DNA of 64,000 nt from Seison nebaliae (taxonomy: Eukaryota): assembly GCA_023231475.1 (NCBI GenBank), contig JALJEE010002602.1, forward strand, positions 1 through 64,000, read 5' to 3'. The position numbers and the translations under genes are program-made. The stretch's first letter is position 1; each line of letters opens with the position of its first letter. Of this stretch, positions 55,897 to 64,000 are shown piece after piece. A model generated the notes under the pieces. That model saw nothing but the letters and a program-made list of their open reading frames with translations. It did no database searches and had not been told where the DNA came from.

Positions 55897-56583
55897 ATGA
55901 TGTGCAATCGAGATGTTCGTCCACTTTTATATCTGGTGTTCTTTGGCGTAGCATTAGCAATGACATTTACGGGAGTGCAGAACTTGGGAAATTGTCCAAT
56001 GAAACCAGATTTACCTGTTTATTTACTTGTCGGTGGTTGCTTCTCTCTAGTTGAATGTGGTTATATCAGTTGGCTCTACATCAAATCGTCAAGACTGTCT
56101 AGTGACGAAGATGAGGAAGAAGGTTTAAGAGGTGTCGATCCTGGAATGGGTAGCGGTGGTGGAATGGAAGGTGGTGGGGGAGGTGGGGGAGGTGGAGGCG
56201 GTCAACATGGATTTCATGATGATGACGATCCATCTTCATCCAAATCATCAATTTTCGTTTCCGGCACTTTAGGCATATTTCTTCTATCCTGGTTAGGCGT
56301 TGGGTCGTGGTGGATGTACGAAATTTGGTGGCCTCCCTACTTTCCTGCACTACGACATCCGGATGATTGGTGTTCCAGTTCTACATGGTTGGTAGCTGTG
56401 TCGTGTTCGGCTACCGCTTATGGAATGGTCGTGTTAGTGATTCTTTACTGTGTCATCTGTAAACGATGTTGCGGCATATTTGGAACGATCTGTTTATGTT
56501 GTGCTGAAAAACATGTGAATGGAGACTTGCCAGATATGTTTGACGAAGGAGCCGAACAAGGTAATGGGATGAATGGTGTTTAA
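55897..56583 (+). CDS. TMEM272-like four-TM protein with a poly-Gly loop
   Basis: G...CPMKPDLPVYLLVGG, WLGVGSWWMY, four hydrophobic helices and a Cys-rich juxtamembrane tail. Confidence 0.8.
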   Translation: MMCNRDVRPLLYLVFFGVALAMTFTGVQNLGNCPMKPDLPVYLLVGGCFSLVECGYISWLYIKSSRLSSDEDEEEGLRGVDPGMGSGGGMEGGGGGGGGGGGQHGFHDDDDPSSSKSSIFVSGTLGIFLLSWLGVGSWWMYEIWWPPYFPALRHPDDWCSSSTWLVAVSCSATAYGMVVLVILYCVICKRCCGIFGTICLCCAEKHVNGDLPDMFDEGAEQGNGMNGV

Positions 56584-57100
56584 CATCTCTCTCGACTATC
56601 GACAGCGATTTAGAAATATGTCAACTGATAAAATATATAAAATTAACAACTGAGAGATACAACAATGCAAATCAAAAAATGTATGCTATTCTAGTTCCAT
56701 TTCCCCCCTAAAAATTGTCAATATTTGTAAATAAACTTCTTTTTTTATTCAATTTATGTATCAACGTTATATTGGCTTATTCTTTCCTAGAAACAATCGA
56801 TTCCTAACCGATTATTAATGTTTTTCTTCTATTATTTCCGTCATTCAACAGAACAACATTAAAATTTCTAACAAAGATAAATTTGTATAAATTGTCTAAT
56901 AAATATTTGAATCTTTCTTCTTCAATCATTATCTTATTTTATATTGAAGGAATTTACTCTTTTTTCAATAGAATCCTTGAAATATTAACACCCATCAAAA
57001 ATAACTCTTTAAAAATAAAACATATTTATTATTCTACAAACAATTATTATAATAAAGGATCTTTTAAATATAAATGAATGAGGTTTAGGACTTTTGATAC

Positions 57101-57736
57101 TATTATTATTATTATTATTATTTATTAATCAAATTTCCGACGGGATAATAAAGAAAAAAGAGTAAAGAAATTTCGATCTTCGCCACTATTGATCAATCGG
57201 TGTAATTCCGCGAGAGATTCCAGATCGATTGGCATAGATTCTGAGGGGTAGTAAGAGAAAATGAAGTCTCTGAAATTCTGTAGATTCATACTATGAGACA
57301 AACCGTAATACCGGAGGGTATGTGAAAAGATTGATCGATTCTGAAAAAGGTTAGCGTTTGTGAGATGAGAAATGTGAAAATTAGATTCGGCGATTTTGTC
57401 GATAAGAGTAAAAATTCGACGGGAGAAGAGAATTGGTAGGGGAAGAAGACCGACTGTTGCGAAAAGCAGAGAACGATTACATCTGTGAAAATAACAAACT
57501 AATCTCCTAATAAGCCGATTGTAAGCGCGGTCAATAGACAAGAACGAGCGTTGATTGCATACCAAAATCGTTTCCAGAGAATATAAGGGAAGAACTAAAC
57601 TCTTAAAAAGCTGTAAACGTGATTTTAAAGCAGTGAATTTCGTTTTGGGAGAGAAAGAGAAGAAGGCTTTGCATAATTTGTTGCGAATATGATCTAATGC
57701 AACGGAGGATAGGCTGTAGAAATCAATAGTTGAACC
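57101..57736 (-). mobile_element. 5'-truncated non-LTR retrotransposon (RTE/L2-like ORF2 C-terminus) with a (TAA)n tail
   Basis: The frame is open from 57736 to 57125: GSTID...IRNKLCKAFF...KSRLQLFKSLVLPLYSLET...YNRLIRRL, resembling the post-RT region of LINEs. The stop is followed directly by TAA repeats (57101-57124). Confidence 0.75.
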
Positions 57737-59437
57737 TTAAAATTCTTATAGTTTCATGCAGTTTAATTAAATCTGAATATAGTTTCCAATTAAAACTTTT
57801 AGAGCCATTTCATTAGAATCTCGAAACTAATATGAAGAGAACTTAATGATATTCATTTTTTTTTCATTTTTGAAAATTCCAATTTGGGTAATTTGAATTG
57901 TTGTTGATCGATCTCATCGTTAACGGTCAGTGGTAGGAGATTTCCTGTTTTCTTGAGGTTCTGAGATTGTCAGTAACATTGAGAATGTGCCTAAACCCCT
58001 GGGCTATGTACATCCAAATTTCAAACTTACATATCGCATAATGTTTAAGCATAATACAATACACATCATTTTTAATAAATTCTCTTATGATATTATTCAT
58101 TTCATCTTTTTTGAAAGGATTTGCCTCGGCATTCAATACACTCTCTAATTACGAATTCGTCTGCGGAATGAATACTGTGGAGGGAATTCAATTTTTAATA
58201 TCATTAAATATTATTTATGTGGATAATCCAAAGTCTTCGTTGAAAATTGTTCAAATAACAAAAATCGATCACACGTTTATTTTTATTATTATTATTTATT
58301 ATTAAAATTCCCATCTTCATAAAGAAGAAAAAAAATTTTTATCATCTGCGACATCAATTAAGAGTTGTCACTCCGCAAGAAATACTCGATCTATTGGCAG
58401 AGATGATATCGAGTCGAATGACGAAATGAATTGTTTAAAGTCATCGAGATGAATATTGTGAGATAATCCATAATAACGAATGGTGTGATAAAAGATGGAG
58501 TTGGAATGAAAGTAATATGTGTTCGAAATATATAATATCGAATATATATGATGAGTGGAATTCGGTGTCGGAAGTTTTGTCGATAAGAGAGAGGACTTTA
58601 TGTCTGCAACATAACACTTTTATGTACAACTAACAGGTTGATATACCAACCTTATATGAAGAATTTATGATATTTCGATGCAGCGTTCTATATTTTGAAT
58701 GAAACTATACCAGATGGACTATTAAATCGTACAATCATAAGTTTTGAATTGATATGTATTGACAAATTGTGTAATATACCATCTTATACAAATAATATAG
58801 AATTTTAAATTAAATGACTTATAGAAATATATATATATATAGATACGAAAACTTTTATCGTTCGATTTCTCGGCAAGTAGAGCAAACTATATGACGATGT
58901 GGAAAAAATATAAGCATCGCTAAAAAAATCGAGTGATGTGGAACAGGCGATAACGATTTCAAAAAAAATTTATTTTATAGAAATAGAGAATGTCTATGAT
59001 AACAGATAGAGAGATAGCAAAAGTAAGGATAATTTTAACAAGCTGTCAACTAACGTTATTTTAATCGTAATTCTTCAAATTTAATATAGATGATTTTATG
59101 AAAATTTAAGATCTTTAAGAAAATGATAAATAATTTTCTAATATTCCTAATTCCACAACACGGATGAAAAGGACAATTCTGTCAAGACCCAAAACAGACG
59201 TTGCAATCACATCAAGATAAGTGGAACAAGTGATCGAGACTTGAACTTATTTGATTGAAGTAGAAGAACCATTGAAGCGTAATAGAATCTAAATTCAAGG
59301 CTAAATTTGAAAAATAATTTCATATTTCTATTAATTTAAGAGACGACATTTGAAGAAGTGAAAAATTTGGATGAGAACAGAAAGTAAAGATAAAGTTGCA
59401 CTGGATTTGATGTAGAATGAAATGACAAAGGAGGAAG

Positions 59438-60871
59438 ATGGATACAATTTCAAAGAATAATATTGGAAGGACGAAAAGATCGTCGTTAATTCCGGATGAG
59501 AAGGAATGGAATGAATTAAGTTCTTTCACTCAGAAGTCGATGTTCGTTTACGAATATTTGAATGAGATGAAAGATAGATTGAATGATTTCGATGAATTAC
59601 CATTATCGGATGTTGATCATATAAAGAAATTGTTAAATGAATTTGGTGGAATGATATTTCAGAATAAAGATTTAGCAGAAAAGAAGAAAATTCGAAATAG
59701 GAAAATCCGTTTTCAAGATTGTTATAGTCAAGGAAGATTGACAGCGAAATTCTTCGTACAACTTTATGTTCATTTGTTGCGGAAAACGAATGAAATCAAA
59801 GAAATCTTCAACATCTCTCTCGATCATCTTCAGATGTCGCCACAACGTCGTGTGAAGATCGATTCGTTCACTTTATTTCATCGATTGATTCTTCTGTTGA
59901 TGATTGAGCAGATTTTGATCGATAATTGGAAATTATTCTATGAACAATTCAATGAGATTGTGGAGAAGTTGAAGAAGTTGTTAACGAATATCGACTACAT
60001 TTTAAAAGGAGAAGTTTATGGAGTTATCAAGAATATTTTGAATTATTTCTATTCAATCAATCATTCACATTCCACAATTAACGAGACATTATGTAAATCA
60101 TTAATTCGATCCTCCTTATCATCAGTGGTGAATGATGGAAATGAATTAGTGAAATGTTTCGCCATCGATTGTCTATCCACTCTAATCAAATTATCTCCGA
60201 AGAAATTGATTGTGGAGAAGGAGTTCGATAATCTCTTCAATTCTCTGGTCGTCGCACTTCATTCATCGACGATTCAAATAAGATATCATCTCATTCAAAC
60301 GATTAATGATCTCTTTATTCTCTCTATTCTATGTTATCATGAGAAAAGAAAGAGTGAAGGAAAGAAGAAGATGTTAACAATCGATTCGATTAATGATCAT
60401 CAATTAAAATTGGGGAAATTGAGTCTTGAAGAGAAATTGAGAAGTTTCCCCTCCAAATTCATTCAACGCCGTGGAAATTCTTTAAATTCTCATCAAGCAA
60501 ATTCTTCATCATCCACAACAACAATCACAACATCTGCCGATGATAGAAAGAAAGAAGAAATGGATCAACAACAACAACAGCATCAGAAACAACAATTATC
60601 AGAAGTAGAATTGATTAATGGACGATCCGTTGCTCAACTTGTCCATTTATTTAATTCGGCATTTGTTTCCGGTTATAAAAGATCATCAATCTTTTCAAAT
60701 TTCAATGGGAAAATCGATTTCCTTCTTGATCATTTCACGAATGAATCAATAAAATCTGATGGAATTGATCGTAACAATTCCATCGATTTAACTACAAACA
60801 ATAACAGAAACAACAACAACAACATTCAAAATAATAATAATAATAATAATAATGAGAATATAAATAATTCA

Positions 60872-60904
<33 letters not shown>

Positions 60905-63900
60905 TCGACGTTGTTTAATTGGGAGAATAATGAGTCGGAACAGACGTCATCGATCGAAATTCAAATTGGAATTTGTAGATGTTATATCGAATTCGCACGA
61001 CGTCTATTCCATCAGATTCCAGAAGAAGCCGATCATAATCTCATTCTTTTACTCAATTCGTTGAGTAATTTGAACGAGAAAATTAATCAACAATCCGTCA
61101 TTCAAACTATCATTCTTCGTCGTTGTATTGTATTCACGATGGAATCGATCGTCCACATCAAATGTTTCGACGAGAGATATCGTTTGTTGGTCATTAATCA
61201 TCTACTTCAATTGTCGATGAGAAAGATCGATCGATTTAATGAATTAATTCTATTTCGAGAATTGAATACGGAACAACGTCACAGTTCGAATGAACGTTCG
61301 ATCGATGAACAGTCCATCATCAATTCTTTGATAATTCTCTTACAATTCCTCACTTTTCTCATTCTCTCTATGAATACATCGACTTTCTTCTCCGTACAAT
61401 GTTCTTCCATTTTCCATTCGATCGAGAACTATTCTCTACAGATGAGAAAGTGTGCATTCCAACAACCGACAGCTAATCCATTAAACTTTGTAGACGATAA
61501 AGAGAATGAGAACAAGAGTCAAAACGATTTCTTCTTCAAAGTCTCCAACAACGTTAATAACAGTCACTCTCTCGTCTTAGCGAACGAGAACGATATTGTT
61601 GATGATCTTATCAGCGATGTTCCAGATAATGATGATAATGATGATGATTTCCAACAATTGACTCTCAATATCGATGGGAGTGGAACTGTTAAAATTGAAA
61701 AATCAACCGATAAACAATCGATATTATGCACTCTCTTCAAATCCTTCTTCCTCACCAACGACAACTCGTCTCTCATTTGGCAATCGGGTCTTCTTCTTCG
61801 TTGTTATACTGAACGAATGCCACGAATCGCCGTCAGTTTATTAGAAACGTTTCTCTTCCGTCTAATACAATCCCAATCTCTTTCCACTCATTTGATGGAC
61901 AATAAATTTATTAATAATCGATTTCTTTCGAAACGTAAATTACTCAACCAATTGACGACACATGATCCATTTCTCTGTTTCATTTACGAAGAGAAATTCC
62001 AAGACATTATCGAACGTATCGATGGATTGGTGAAGAATCGAGGGAAAAAAAATTATTTGAATATCAACAAAATTCTACCGATCAATATCGATTATTCATA
62101 TTCGTATACCGTCGCCATTATCAGTCTATTGAACGGTTTAGCTACTTCGGCTGATGAATCGATTGAATTGCCATTCCATCTCATTCAATTGACGTACCAG
62201 ATTGGAGAATATATTCTTATTCTCATTCACGGAGAACGATTAGTGAATCAACTGTCGAAATTGTGTCATGAAAGAATTCGATGTTCCTGGTTATTGATAT
62301 CGGCCGTCATCGTTTATTTGGGGAAGAAGGATTATAGTGACGAATGTTCCCTAATAAATTTCTTTCATCGGATTTTGTATTTGTGGAATTTACTCTTTCA
62401 AATTCAAATAAACGAGAGAAATATGTCGATGAAAGAATATTTACTCATTATCGAAAGTCGATATAATGCCATTCAATCGATCTATTTATTCTATCGATCA
62501 TTCTCAGTTATGTTGAAAGATTCGGATAAATTTCAACTAATTCATGAACCGATTAATTCGGCGATTCGATTCTTCATCTCCATGAGACAAATAAATCATC
62601 GAATGTTACAGAAATCGAAAGTTCATTCGTTGCGCTCAAACGAGAGAAAGTTAGAAGTGAAAAGTGCTCAATATCGATCACATTTATATCATTTATTACA
62701 AACTGCCACATTCTGGTTATCTAATGAGAACATAAATGAAAAGAATAATGATATAATTCAATCGATATTCTCTCAATTATTTATCGACATTTCATTCGGT
62801 TGTATCTCTAAACAATTCTCATCATCTTCAATGAAACATCGTTCAACAGCAACAACAACAACAACGACACAAACAACAACATCGGCGAATAATAGTAATC
62901 ATCCGAACAATAACAATATGAATAAGAATGTCATAATTAATATGAATGGAACTTCGATAACGTCATTTATTCGAGAAGTGATTCATCCACAAGAATTATT
63001 TCTCATTACGAACGGTAATGATTCTTCAAGAGATACGACCCCAAGAAATTCTCCAATATTCACTACAATTAAACGAAGTATTTCAGAACAAAATCATTTC
63101 ACATCAAATACAACAACTGGAACACCATGTAGTTTTGATACATCATCTTTCGATCAAACGAAACCGATGACTAATAATCAAAAATCTCATTCGGGAATTC
63201 TTCTCGATTATGCTTCCGGATCAGCCATCGATTGTGATTCCTCTCACTTTCTTGAGAGTATCCTTCATTTTCAACCGATTACTCTTTATGCCAATTATTT
63301 GGCGTCTGGTCCAATCGCTCAATTCGAAGCTATCGTCAACACCAACAACAATATCGGTTCGGTTTTCAAATTGGATAAATTCTCGTTGAAGAATATGGAG
63401 AAGAATGATCAATTTAAAAATAATTATTATAAACATTTCTTTAATTCATCACACAATTCAACCATCACCACTACCACTACTTTATCACTCATCAAACATT
63501 TACTTTATGATAATCGACGGACGTTGCCACTTGCACATTCGTTGGTGGATAATGCGGTTCTCTTATTCGGTGTCATGTTCTCTCAATTGTCGAAGAGTAA
63601 GAGATATGTTTATCTTTCACATTTGAAGAACGAATTAGTTAATTTGACGAAGAATCTTCATCATCATTCAACCATCGTTCAATATATTCAAATTAATTAT
63701 CTTTCTACTATTCTCATATGTCTCAAATTCAATCGTATCATTCACATTAATAATCAAAAAAGAAAAAAGAAGAATGTTCACGAAACAAACGATGGTGAAA
63801 ATGAGAAATGTGTCAAATTATTATTGGACATTTCCATGTTACTCATCAGTTCCCCGAATGTCGTCATTCGTTGCCTATCTGCTGAGTTGATCGGTCGCAC

Positions 63901-64000
63901 AGCACAATTGACTTCCACAAATATTCTCCGATTATTATCGGACGAATTACCGAAATATCGTAATGAATTAAATTCGAAATTGACTTTAGTTTTGGCAATC
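59438..64000 (+). CDS. HEATR5: HEAT repeat-containing protein 5 (AP-1 accessory, Laa1-like), 3'-partial
   Basis: SLIPDEKEWNEL...MFVYEYL near the start, and LPLAHSLVDNAVLLFGVMF, IQINYLSTIL and SPNVVIRCLSAELIGRTAQ near 63.5-63.9 kb, all in one frame. The ORF is probably missing from the track because it runs off the window. The frame was spot-checked, not read codon by codon. Confidence 0.8.
60795..60904 (+). repeat. (AAC)n/(AAT)n tracts encoding poly-Asn inside HEATR5
   Basis: Directly visible. Confidence 0.85.

Noticed and set aside
57927..58136. 69-aa ORF with a faint phosphatase-like HILNVT word
   Set aside because: The match is too short, with no catalytic motif or gene structure.

Overview
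This is AT-rich animal (metazoan) genomic DNA with compact genes and mostly 44-70 nt introns. I rebuilt the gene models by hand from splice sites and protein motifs. In order they are: the 3' part of a Thr-rich mucin-like membrane protein, CSTF1, an orphan single-TM protein, RPS8, a 1271-aa low-complexity orphan, a small secreted prepropeptide, MRPL1, a carboxypeptidase E-like peptidase, synaptogyrin, RBFOX, H2A.Z, netrin, MAEA, TMUB, TMEM272-like and the 5' part of HEATR5. Mobile DNA consists of two Tc1/mariner relics and a 5'-truncated LINE with a (TAA)n tail. Five observations stand out: (1) 34 of 38 reconstructed introns start with GTT instead of GTA/GTG; (2) netrin carries two diverged, symmetric copies of the LE2 (V-2) exon, which are candidate mutually exclusive exons; (3) the H2A.Z gene sits between ~150-bp near-perfect inverted repeats; (4) RBFOX has its own binding motifs in and just upstream of its RRM exon; (5) there is a candidate neuropeptide precursor ending in KK-SILEWRF. 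The organism is not identified; a compact-genome spiralian is only a guess. No database search was run, so all homology calls rest on motifs recognised from memory.
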